From contig JACIYF010000004.1 of assembly GCA_014360065.1 (NCBI GenBank), positions 1 through 59,742 on the forward strand: 59,742 nucleotides of DNA. The letters run 5' to 3'. Below, in pieces: positions 10,167-18,470 of the stretch (the stretch's first letter is position 1; each line of letters opens with the position of its first letter). This stretch comes from Clostridia bacterium. GTDB lineage: Bacteria > Bacillota > DSM-521 > Neomoorellales > JACIYF01. The notes under the pieces are model-generated. The model ran no database searches. It saw only the letters and a list, made by a program, of their open reading frames with translations, and was not told where the DNA came from. Position numbers and translations under genes: made by a program.

Positions 10167-11246
10167 TTAAGCCCACTCGGCAGCCATGTAAAGGAGCGCG
10201 TCCTTCGCGCCCCGGCAGTCGAGAACCGGATAGGCGTCCCGCATCCTGGTCAGGTTGAGGTAGGCATCAGGCCTGTTGCCGAAGATACCATCTTTCTTAA
10301 GGTACACACCGTACAGCCACCCGTTGGTAACGATGAGCCTGGAGCAGGTCTCTTCTCCCACCAGCCCGGCATGGGTCTTCGCCTCGCTCGAACGCATAAC
10401 GAGGAAGAATTCGTCGTACGGCTTTACTTCGACCACGGCCGCGAGGTTTCCTTCCTCCCGTGGCAGGGAGGCGAACAGGGCCACGTCTGCGCCCTCCCAG
10501 TTCACGGCCGTCTTCTCGGGCGTCCACCCCAGGGCGCGCAGAAGCGGCACCACCAGGTGGGCGGTGGCCTCGACCTCCGAAGGGTAGCGGTTGCGCCCAT
10601 ACCACTGCACCAGCCGAAGCACCTCGCCGACCCGTTCCGGCAGGCGCTCTACCACCGCGCCGTCCACCCCGCGCTTGAGAAGGTACCCTGAAATCTCGTC
10701 CAGTTCGAGGTCTCTCGAGGGTGCGGGCAAGTCCCGCAGCGGCCGCCGCCACGCTTCCGGGTCAACGGACAGGCTCTCGAGCCATTCCAGCACGGGTTTT
10801 GCGTCCATAACCTGTACGGTATCGCCGGGCCTTAAGGTATGGCGGGCAAAGCGCCGGGGAGCGTCCCCGTACCTCCACAGCCAGCGCACCCGCCTCACAT
10901 GCCCGTAGTCCCAGCCGTCGATGTCGCGGAACTCCTCGTGCCAGATGTAGCCGCCGGCCACGACCCCCACGCCGTAAACGTCGCTCGTGCCAGCCCGCAG
11001 TACGACGATGTCGCCGTCCTGCACCTCCTCGCAGAAGCGGTGCAGGTCGGAAAGTTTGCGTTCGGCGAATTCCCTGGGTAAGCGCAGGGTTTCCAGGGCG
11101 GAACGCAGGGGTTCCAGGCAGCCGGGCCACGGCCCTTCCGAGCCCGGGCCGTTCAGGATTACGTCCCACTCCAGGCACAGGTCCGCCCAGTGGCGGTCCT
11201 CGTCACCCGCGCTAACATGCCAGATTCTCCTGCCGGAGACGTCCAT
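10167..11246 (-). CDS. two-domain protein: unknown N-terminal domain plus HsdR_N-like PD-(D/E)xK domain
   Basis: 359 aa. The C-terminal part SEVEATAHLVVPLLRALGWTPEKTAVNWEGADVALFA...AAVVEVKPYDE matches the type I restriction enzyme R N-terminal (nuclease-like) domain pattern. The N-terminal IWHVSAG....GDIVVLRAGTSDVYGVGVV..Y pattern resembles reader domains found on modification-dependent restriction enzymes. Confidence 0.6.
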   Translation of the reverse strand: MDVSGRRIWHVSAGDEDRHWADLCLEWDVILNGPGSEGPWPGCLEPLRSALETLRLPREFAERKLSDLHRFCEEVQDGDIVVLRAGTSDVYGVGVVAGGYIWHEEFRDIDGWDYGHVRRVRWLWRYGDAPRRFARHTLRPGDTVQVMDAKPVLEWLESLSVDPEAWRRPLRDLPAPSRDLELDEISGYLLKRGVDGAVVERLPERVGEVLRLVQWYGRNRYPSEVEATAHLVVPLLRALGWTPEKTAVNWEGADVALFASLPREEGNLAAVVEVKPYDEFFLVMRSSEAKTHAGLVGEETCSRLIVTNGWLYGVYLKKDGIFGNRPDAYLNLTRMRDAYPVLDCRGAKDALLYMAAEWA

Positions 11247-11276
11247 GAATCGCCCACCTCGCTCAATTATGGATTC

Positions 11277-11780
11277 TTATGCCCCCGCATGCGTTACGGG
11301 CGCAATTGCGACCGCGCCTCCGGGCCGGCGATCCCCAGGTAATTCCTGCCCCCAAAGTCCCGGCCCGCCAGCTACGCCGTCCTGGGTCTGGGTTCCTCGA
11401 GCCTCACCCCATACTCGGGCCGCCAGGGCCTCCAGTTTCTGCACGTAGTGGCGCTCGGCGGCGTTGCTGCCGGAAAGGAGCTTGTTGGCCGGGGTGATTT
11501 TGGAGAAGTCGCTGGCGTCGATGGCCGCCACCTGATCAAATCTTCATGCACGTCCCTCAGGTCTTTGCCAATCCCCACTTACAGGTCCTCAGCCCTTTCC
11601 GCCAGGTCGCGGGTCTTCGGCATCAACTCGTCCACCACCCGCGTGCCGAACTCCAGGTCGCTGATGCGGCGTCATGGCTTCCTGCTGCAGGTCGTCCCAG
11701 CGCCTGGAGAGTTTCATCACCTCGACGAGAACGGGCAGTTCAGGTGGAAGAAATCTATAACCGCACTCTATGTGATCAGT
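11277..11780 (-). pseudogene. decayed small ORFs (unidentified)
   Basis: Minus-strand reading is broken over several frames (..LPVLVEVMKLSRRWDDLQQEA / RRISDLEFGTRVVDELMPKTRDLAERAEDL* / GKDLRDVHEDLIR / AAIDASDFSKITPANKLLSGSNAAERHYVQKLEALAA..). No intact gene. Confidence 0.35.
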
Positions 11781-11785
11781 AGTGG

Positions 11786-12529
11786 TTACCAGATTTGGAT
11801 CCCAACCGTTGCAAATATCTTTTTCATTTGCTCCACGGCCTCGCTCATACCGTATAGATCATTCTCTTTGAGGGCCTGATCCAGCAGATCAATAGGCTTA
11901 TCCAGGAGGGTGAAAAACTTCTTCCCAGTATCAAAATATTCCCGGTCTCTCGGGTAAACCTTGAAACCATCATTGTTGTAAATATATCTCATCATCTTGT
12001 GGTATTCGGAAATGAAGTCCTGGATTTTTTTCCGGTCTTCATTTTTTAAGGGATGGCCGGCGATCATGAGATCTACTGCCCCGCTAATAATACTTATTTG
12101 AATTGAGTAACCGTCTATCGCCTGTTGTAAGTACGATCCAAAGCCGTCTGTTTTGATTATCTCCTGTGCTTTCTGCACGTAGGCCTCCCTTTCAGCATTC
12201 TCCAGCTTTTGCGCTGATAGAGCCCCTGCTGATGGGTTCGCTTCAACTGCCCGGACAGGCTCCCCCTGGTCTCTGGAACCAGAAGCGTCAGGGACGGTCT
12301 TGGCTAGCTTGGATTGGCTGACCGAGGCGTTGTATTCTGCTTCAGTTTGAGGAGGACTATTTGCTGGAGGCAGGATTGCACCGCCTATCACCATAAGTAT
12401 AAAGCTACCGGCCAGAACTCCCGCTGCTGTCTTTCTGGTATGTATTCGCAGAAACCGCAGCGGCTTGATCAGGCTGATGATTCCGGCCAACATGCCTCCC
12501 AAGCCTACAAGAATGAAAAAGCCAGCCAT
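11786..12529 (-). CDS. membrane-anchored hypothetical protein (2 N-terminal TM helices)
   Basis: 247 aa with FFILVGLGGMLAGIISLI and AAGVLAGSFILMVIGGAIL hydrophobic segments, then a soluble domain. Visibly lower G+C than the gene upstream. Confidence 0.65.
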   Translation of the reverse strand: MAGFFILVGLGGMLAGIISLIKPLRFLRIHTRKTAAGVLAGSFILMVIGGAILPPANSPPQTEAEYNASVSQSKLAKTVPDASGSRDQGEPVRAVEANPSAGALSAQKLENAEREAYVQKAQEIIKTDGFGSYLQQAIDGYSIQISIISGAVDLMIAGHPLKNEDRKKIQDFISEYHKMMRYIYNNDGFKVYPRDREYFDTGKKFFTLLDKPIDLLDQALKENDLYGMSEAVEQMKKIFATVGIQIW

Positions 12530-12572
12530 TCTAATTCCCCCTTTTCACCGGGTCAAATTGGCCTGCACTAGG

Positions 12573-13658
12573 TTACTTCACCCGCCGCAGGTGTGCGGCG
12601 TGGCCGGTTCTTTCCGGCGGCTTCTCTGCCGCTTCTACTGCCAGGTCCGCACATTCCTCGACAACAGCTTCCGCGGCTTCCGCAGCATCTTGGCCGGAGT
12701 ACAGGCCATAGAGGCCCGGGCCGCCGCCTTTTAAGCCTAGGCTTGACACCATTCCCCCCAGGTGCTCTTCCAGAGACAGCCTATCGCCCTGTAACTGCAT
12801 ATAGTAAGGGCCGAAGGAAGGATCGTTTAAAGGTGAGTGGGCGATACGGAGTGACAGCACCAGCAGCCGCAGGCAGTTAGAAGCAAAATGCACTTCGGCC
12901 CCGGCCCCGGCCAGGACCAGAGGAAGGAATACGGGGTAGAGAAAGGGAAGCTCCCTGCCCTTCTTCAGGTCGCGGCAGCCGCACCAGGACCGGTGGAGCG
13001 GGATAAAGCCATCTTCCGGCAGCCCTTCGCCGGCCGCCATGCTCTTAAGGACCCTGGCCTCCAGCATGCCGGCCAGTTTGGCCGCGGCCGCCGGGCAAAC
13101 CAGCCGGTCGCCCGCGGCCAGGGCCAGGCCTCGACCGCGCAGCCGGGAGAGGGGTACGAAGGCCGGGCAGTCCCTGAGGAAGCTGCGTAGCCAGGCCAGG
13201 AAACTTGCTAATGAGTGGCGGGGCAGGGGCTTGGTTACGACCACGGCATCTTCATTGTTCCTGATGATTAAGGGCAGCATCAGGTACCAGACGGCACATT
13301 CCAAGCGCTCCTCCACGGGCGGGTCGTAGAGCAAGGGCATCTGCGCATGCAGGTGGGACATAAGGTCCGGGTCGGCTGCCGCCTCCAGGGCCCAGCGTCC
13401 GTGCCACTGCCTCGGGTCGCCTGGCAGGGACTGGCTGGCCAGCCACCGTTCAAAACAGGGCTCCAGGAAGGGCACATGAACCACCCGGGCCGGACGGCTT
13501 TCGTACCCTGGCATCTTCCTGAGCTGTCCCTGCCTGAGAAGGAGAAAATCTTTAAAGTCCTCCACGGTGCCACCGAACAACCTCTGGAAGGTCTCCGGGG
13601 TATACTCCACCACCGCTACTACGCTTCCGCGGCGGGCTATCGTATGCTCAACGTTCAT
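12573..13658 (-). CDS. unknown protein, paralog B of the WYL-linked pair
   Basis: ATG 13658 is preceded by AAGGAGGG. The longer ORF to 13763 would run through an inverted repeat. Shares blocks with 13834..14817 (YTPETFQRLFGGTVEDFKDFLLLRQ / YGPEEFFRLWGGTPDDYRDFLVARQ; RGLALAAGDRLV / RGLAVVPGDRLV; C-terminal HLRRVK / HLKRVK). Confidence 0.7.
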   Translation of the reverse strand: MNVEHTIARRGSVVAVVEYTPETFQRLFGGTVEDFKDFLLLRQGQLRKMPGYESRPARVVHVPFLEPCFERWLASQSLPGDPRQWHGRWALEAAADPDLMSHLHAQMPLLYDPPVEERLECAVWYLMLPLIIRNNEDAVVVTKPLPRHSLASFLAWLRSFLRDCPAFVPLSRLRGRGLALAAGDRLVCPAAAAKLAGMLEARVLKSMAAGEGLPEDGFIPLHRSWCGCRDLKKGRELPFLYPVFLPLVLAGAGAEVHFASNCLRLLVLSLRIAHSPLNDPSFGPYYMQLQGDRLSLEEHLGGMVSSLGLKGGGPGLYGLYSGQDAAEAAEAVVEECADLAVEAAEKPPERTGHAAHLRRVK

Positions 13659-13753
13659 GGCATCGCCCTCCTTTCCCCGGCCTGCCGGCAGCAGCCGCCA
13701 GGTCCTTGCTGGGTAAGGTTCAGTTCCATACCCAGGGCCATGGTAGCAGAGGT

Positions 13754-13777
13754 AAAGGGACACCCTGGTGTCCCTTT
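13754..13777 (-). promoter_or_regulatory. inverted repeat AAAGGGACAC-N4-GTGTCCCTTT (candidate operator or hairpin)
   Basis: Perfect 10-bp arms. The core GGACAC-N4-GTGTCC (13758-13773) is identical to the repeat at 16051-16066. It lies about 100 nt upstream of the paralog B start. Confidence 0.5.
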
Positions 13778-13833
13778 GCGGTGAGGGAGAAAAATCTTTT
13801 GATCATGGCTTGGGTCTCTGCCAGGGGCCAAAC

Positions 13834-14817
13834 CTACTTCACCCTCTTCAGGTGACTGTGCCGGCGGGAGGATCCCGGCGGTGTCGGGGTCAACTGCTCT
13901 TTGATGGTGGCCGCGAGGCCGCCGGCCATCAAGGCGATCACGAAGCCATCTCCCATCTCCCGGTGGAAGTTGATCCCATGGGCGGCGAAGAAGGATTCCC
14001 ACCTTTCCACCGGTAGTTCGTCCACATCGGCGGCGTAGGCCCGGGCCATGCCGGTATCCACGTCCTCCGCACCGCCCAGGAGCAGGATGGGCAGTCCGAG
14101 GATCTCCGTCCAGGGGTAGAGCCGGCCGGACGGAGGAAGGATGCGGTGGCGGGCGGCGACGGCGAAGTACTCGGGTGTTTCTTTCCCAACCCGGGCGGTA
14201 AACCGCTCCACGGCGGGCAAGAGCCGTCTAGCCCGGGCGGCAACCACCAGCCGGTCGCCCGGTACAACGGCCAGGCCCCGCGCCCGCCTGGCGGAAAGGC
14301 GCTCGAAGGGCGGGGCGTGGTGCCATACGCCTCTAAAGAGGCTACGCCGGATGTCCTGCAGCAATTTCAGGGGCAGGGGGGCGAGGAGGCACCGTGCTGC
14401 GGCGGGTTCGGGCACGGTTACCGGCAGGCACCACACCAGGGTCTCCGCCTTGAGGATCTCCTCGCGGGGGACGAAGTGCTCGAAGGGGTGGCGGGAGCGG
14501 ATGGCTGCCAGGCGCTCCGGCCGCCGCGCAACCCACACCGCCCACTCGCGGTGGGCGTCGGCGCAGAGGGCACGGCGCGGGTCCTCCTCCACCCAGGCCA
14601 GGTAGTCCTCCAGGTCGAACGGTACCCGCACGGGCCAGAACAGGCAAAGGTCGTCGCGCTCCCAGGCCAGCTCCTCCTGCCTGGCCACCAGGAAGTCCCG
14701 GTAGTCGTCGGGTGTGCCGCCCCAGAGGCGGAAGAATTCCTCCGGTCCGTAGGTGAGGTAGATGAACCGGTCGCCGTCGCAGGCAAAACCCGCCTTTCTC
14801 CTTTCCGGGCCCTTCAT
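13834..14817 (-). CDS. unknown protein, paralog A of the WYL-linked pair
   Basis: 327-aa ORF. Its ATG overlaps the stop of the WYL regulator gene (ATGA). No recognisable domain. Confidence 0.7.
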   Translation of the reverse strand: MKGPERRKAGFACDGDRFIYLTYGPEEFFRLWGGTPDDYRDFLVARQEELAWERDDLCLFWPVRVPFDLEDYLAWVEEDPRRALCADAHREWAVWVARRPERLAAIRSRHPFEHFVPREEILKAETLVWCLPVTVPEPAAARCLLAPLPLKLLQDIRRSLFRGVWHHAPPFERLSARRARGLAVVPGDRLVVAARARRLLPAVERFTARVGKETPEYFAVAARHRILPPSGRLYPWTEILGLPILLLGGAEDVDTGMARAYAADVDELPVERWESFFAAHGINFHREMGDGFVIALMAGGLAATIKEQLTPTPPGSSRRHSHLKRVK

Positions 14818-15932
14818 GGCAGCTGCCCTCCTTGAGGGTCCAGGCAGGAAGCCCCCGCGCTTTTCCGGTAGAGACCCAGGGTTTCCTCGAGAACGTCCGC
14901 CAGTGCCTCCCTCAACCAGCCCGGCTCCAGGACTTCAAGGGAGGCACCCCAGCCCAAGAGCCAGGGGATCATCTCTTCCGCGCCGCTCACCCTGAAGCGC
15001 ACCTCCAGGCCCCCGCCGGGCAGTTCCGTTACGGTCTGGCTCTCGTGGTACCTGGTGACGCGGAACTTGTGGGCCAGCCCCGGACCCACCCGCAGGCGGA
15101 CCGTTTCCGGCGGACCCTGATCTTCTTCCGTCCAGACGCCCCACGCGTGGGCATAGGCGTCCCGGAGCGAGAAGCCTTCGGGGATGGTATAGGTGCTGTT
15201 TTCGACCAGGTCAAGGCGCTCTATGTGGTCGAGGCGGAAGACCCGCCTCTCCCCGGCGGTTAGGCAGCGGCCCGCCAGGTACCACACCCCGTGCCGGCAA
15301 AGGAGGCCGTACGGCTCGACTTCCCGCTCGGTTACCCGCCCGTCGTAGGCGCGGTGGTAGGTGAAGCGGACCCGCTTGGCCAGGCGGATGGCTTGGAGTA
15401 TCCTTTCCACCAGGCGTGCGTTCCGGTGCGGGCTGGCCGGGCCGTATCCCGACACGTAGACGTAGCGCTCCATCTCCTGCTTCAGCCTCTGCCACTCCGC
15501 CATCCGCTGCAGCACGTTTTCGAACACGAGCTTCATCAGCACCTCGAACTGATCCGGCAAGAGGTGCCGCTGTTGCGGGTACAGGCTTAAAGCGAGAAGG
15601 AGCGCCAGTCCCGGGTCCAGGCGGGGCGCAGCCAGGTCCCGGGTGAAGACGTAAGTGTGACGGCCGTTCTTTTCCCGGACTTCGATGGCACGGTGCTCCC
15701 GCGGGAGGTCTGCTTCGTCCTCGTCCCGGTCGTAGGCTAAAGGATCGAAAAGGAGGTTCAGGCGCCGGATGATACGCCGGATGGTCCTCTCGCTGGGTTC
15801 CCGGTCCTTCACTTCCCGGTATGCCTCCTTGAGTTCCTCCATGGTGGCCCCGCCTGCAGGAGTCTTTTCGATCACCGTGAGCAGGACCTTGATAACTGCC
15901 TCCGGGTAGTCGCGGTTTGGCGGGTAAGGCAT
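14814..15932 (-). CDS. HTH-WYL-WCX transcriptional regulator (PafBC/BrxR/CapW-like)
   Basis: WYL core VRFTYHRAYDGRVTEREVEPYGLLCRHGVWYLAGRC..RVFRLDHI. N-terminal wHTH (SERTIRRIIRRLN). C-terminal WCX-like segment (LEVRFRVSGAEEMIPWLLGWGASLEVLEPGWLR). ATG 15932 has AGGAGG 8 nt upstream; the ORF track extends to 16043. Confidence 0.85.
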   Translation of the reverse strand: MPYPPNRDYPEAVIKVLLTVIEKTPAGGATMEELKEAYREVKDREPSERTIRRIIRRLNLLFDPLAYDRDEDEADLPREHRAIEVREKNGRHTYVFTRDLAAPRLDPGLALLLALSLYPQQRHLLPDQFEVLMKLVFENVLQRMAEWQRLKQEMERYVYVSGYGPASPHRNARLVERILQAIRLAKRVRFTYHRAYDGRVTEREVEPYGLLCRHGVWYLAGRCLTAGERRVFRLDHIERLDLVENSTYTIPEGFSLRDAYAHAWGVWTEEDQGPPETVRLRVGPGLAHKFRVTRYHESQTVTELPGGGLEVRFRVSGAEEMIPWLLGWGASLEVLEPGWLREALADVLEETLGLYRKSAGASCLDPQGGQLP

Positions 15933-16050
15933 GTTGGGCGACCTCCTTTCCTTGGTAAACCGTACCCAGCCGGGGGATTTTCTCACTTCTTGGCAACCAC
16001 ATCCTACTGCCTTGTCTGGGCCTTCCCTTGCCGAGAATATCACCGGGTGG

Positions 16051-16066
16051 GGACACTAGTGTGTCC
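16051..16066 (-). promoter_or_regulatory. inverted repeat GGACAC-N4-GTGTCC upstream of the WYL regulator gene (candidate operator)
   Basis: Perfect 6-bp arms with a 4-bp spacer, about 120 nt upstream of the regulator start. The same core recurs at 13758-13773. Confidence 0.5.
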
Positions 16067-16690
16067 TGTAAAATAAGATCCAAGCCCGACTCTGCACTAG
16101 CCATTTCCTGACATAGCACAATTAAGCGGTGGGTCAGCAAGTCCCCCGATGCTGAAGCAGTACCAGTGGTCCGGATATTCGAGAAGCTTCTCTTCCTGCT
16201 TCCCCTTCACCAATTCATACCTCTCAAATGATAACTCGCTTCCTCGTTTACCGAATAGCATCTTCTTAAACTCTCCGATGCCCGCTATAGGCGACTTGTT
16301 ATTGGGTACTCAACTACCTCGTTGATATGAGACTTCAACTGGTCAGTGTCCTTCTAAAAGGAAGGACCTTTACGGAGGGCTTCAAGATCATCAGGTAGAA
16401 GTTGCACCGGAATTTGAGGCCTTCACCTTCCTTTTTAATAATTCCATTTGTTTTATTTGCGGTTGAAATTTCGAGGATGTAAACGTTTTTACCTCCCGTC
16501 TGCAGCAATTAAATTACTTGTGATGGCATGCCAGTTCGGGGTTATTGATTTTGCCAAGTCCGAAGACTTTTGACCAGTATCCGCAGGAGTTGGGTCTTTC
16601 CACCTTTCTTTAGCACCTGCTACTCTCGAGGAGGAACCGGCAGGAGGAACAGGTGGTTGAGGCAGACCAGAAAGAAGAAATAACCCGTAG

Positions 16691-17052
16691 GACGGCGAGC
16701 AGGCCATCTCCGTAGCCAGGAAGGAGATCAAGGATTACATAAACGCCCTGGACCCTTACGAGTTTCAGGACTTGGTGGCGGCCCTCCTGCGTGGAATGGG
16801 CTACTACACACCCTTCATCTTGCCCCAGGGCAAAGACGGTGGCTTTGACTCCTGGCCTACCGGGACCCTTTCGGCAGCACCACTCCCAGGATCAAGGTAC
16901 AGGTTAAGCACCGGAGCCAGAAGGTCACTGTAAAAGAAGTGCGGGAGCTGATGAGTTTGCTTAACAAAGAAGGCGAAATGGGGCTGGTAGTCTCCTCCGG
17001 CGGCTTCACCTCCGACGCTGAGGCGGAATCCGCCAGTCCGCCCGTCACCATC
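16691..17052 (+). pseudogene. Mrr-like restriction endonuclease, catalytic-domain part (frameshifted, interrupted by an IS)
   Basis: NALDPYEFQDLVAALLRGMGYYTP..KDGG, then after a frameshift ..PRIKVQVKHRSQKVTVKEVRELMSLLNKEGEMGLVVSSGGFTSDAEAE. This is the Mrr_cat pattern (D..(Q/E)xK). Confidence 0.7.
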
Positions 17053-18470
17053 CTTTCCGCGCCGGATGCTCCTGCCCTTCAGGCATGGAGAGGAAGGCGC
17101 GGTTGATCCTTCCAGAACCTTTTGCTAGACTCGAAGCATGAAACGAACCAACGTCGTCCGCCTTATCCCCGACCAGGAAGCAAGGTCTGTGCTGAGAACC
17201 CTTGGCGACCGGTGCGCAGCTTTATGGAACAGCGCCCAGTACCGGATGCGCCAGGCCTTCTTCTCCGGTCTTCCGGTCCCGTCCTATGCCCGGCTGTGCA
17301 AGGAGTTCCAGGACCACGACGCCTACAGGGCCCTGCCCTCCGACATGGCGCAGGAGATTCTTAAAAAAGCCAGGCAGTCCTGGAACGCTTTCTTCGCCTG
17401 CCTGCGGCTGTACCGGGACGGCAGGCTGGACAGCAGGCCGCGCGTGGCCGGCTACTGGAAGGACCGGAGATCCGGACAGCGGCTTCTCAGGGTTATACCC
17501 GTCAAGTCTCCCCGATCTTACTCCCTAACGGCAAATACCCTTTCCGTGACCCTTCCCGCCGACCTGCGCTCGGGCGGCAGGCTGGCCATCCCCACCAGGG
17601 GCATCCTCCGGTTCTCCGGGGCACCCAGAACCCTGGAACTCAGCTACGACCCGGCCAGAAGACGCTGGTATGCCTCCCAGGTGGTGGAGATGCCGGAACC
17701 CGAGAGAAACCCCAGGCCAACCCAGGCCGCCGGGATCGACCTGGGGGCGAGGACCCTGGTAGCCCTCGCCGTCGAAGGGGTGGAGCGCCAGGTCCTCTTC
17801 TCCGGCAGGGAAGTCTGGAAGGACTTCCTCTACTGGACCAGGAAGATCTCGGCCGAGCAGTCCCGGCTGGCCGGGGCCGGGAGGAGGACTTCCTGGAGGC
17901 TCAAGCTCCTCTACCGCAGGCGGGCCAGGAGGCTCGCTCACGCCTTCCGGGCCCTGGCGAAGGAACTCGCAAGGACCCTCAGGGCCAGCCGGGTGGGCAC
18001 GCTCTATCTGGAGGACCTGACCGGCATCCGGAAGGATATGGACTTCGGGCCGGGAAACCTCCTGGTCCACAACTTCTGGGCCTTCCGGATGCTGAGGAAG
18101 GCCGTGGAGGCGGCCTGCTTAAGAGCGGGGATAGAAGTGGTCCCCGTGGAGGCAGACGGCACCTCCTCGCGCTGCTCCGCGTGCAGCGGAGCCGTACAGA
18201 GGCCGAAAAGGAACAGGGCATACTGCCCGCGCTGCGGCCTGGCGTGGCACGCCGACGCCAACGCCGCCTTGAATATCATGTCTAAGGGCTCCTCGAAGGG
18301 GCACGGGGCGAAGGCCAAAGCCCCCGCGCCGGCAGCCCTCCGGTGGAACCGCCACCGCTGGGTCGCCCGCGCCAAACCTGCGGCCGGCATGTCTCGTAAG
18401 ACAGCGAGCCGCAACCTCGCAGCTTAGCTGCAGGAATCCCCTAGCTTTAGCTGTGGGGAGGAGGAGTCAG
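17053..18470 (+). mobile_element. TnpB-only IS200/IS605-family (IS1341-like) element inserted in the Mrr-like gene
   Basis: The Mrr reading frame stops at ..PVTI (17052) and resumes at I-EKMDLNSLIELW (18471). An imperfect subterminal hairpin CCGCGCC...GGCGCGG lies at about 17057-17100. Boundaries are good to a few nt. Confidence 0.65.
17138..18427 (+). CDS. tnpB: TnpB (OrfB) RuvC-like RNA-guided endonuclease family protein
   Basis: 429 aa. MKRTNVVRLIPDQEA.. N-terminus; RuvC residues in AAGIDLGARTL, TLYLEDLTGI and WHADANAALNI; zinc ribbon CSACSG..x..CPRCG. Confidence 0.85.
   Translation: MKRTNVVRLIPDQEARSVLRTLGDRCAALWNSAQYRMRQAFFSGLPVPSYARLCKEFQDHDAYRALPSDMAQEILKKARQSWNAFFACLRLYRDGRLDSRPRVAGYWKDRRSGQRLLRVIPVKSPRSYSLTANTLSVTLPADLRSGGRLAIPTRGILRFSGAPRTLELSYDPARRRWYASQVVEMPEPERNPRPTQAAGIDLGARTLVALAVEGVERQVLFSGREVWKDFLYWTRKISAEQSRLAGAGRRTSWRLKLLYRRRARRLAHAFRALAKELARTLRASRVGTLYLEDLTGIRKDMDFGPGNLLVHNFWAFRMLRKAVEAACLRAGIEVVPVEADGTSSRCSACSGAVQRPKRNRAYCPRCGLAWHADANAALNIMSKGSSKGHGAKAKAPAPAALRWNRHRWVARAKPAAGMSRKTASRNLAA

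Noticed and set aside
15211-16140. 309-aa minus-strand ORF and several other 60-150-aa ORFs overlapping the WYL gene and 10.2-11.5 kb
   Set aside because: They lie in alternative frames of supported genes, are R/P/G-rich, and are artefacts of high G+C with few stop codons.
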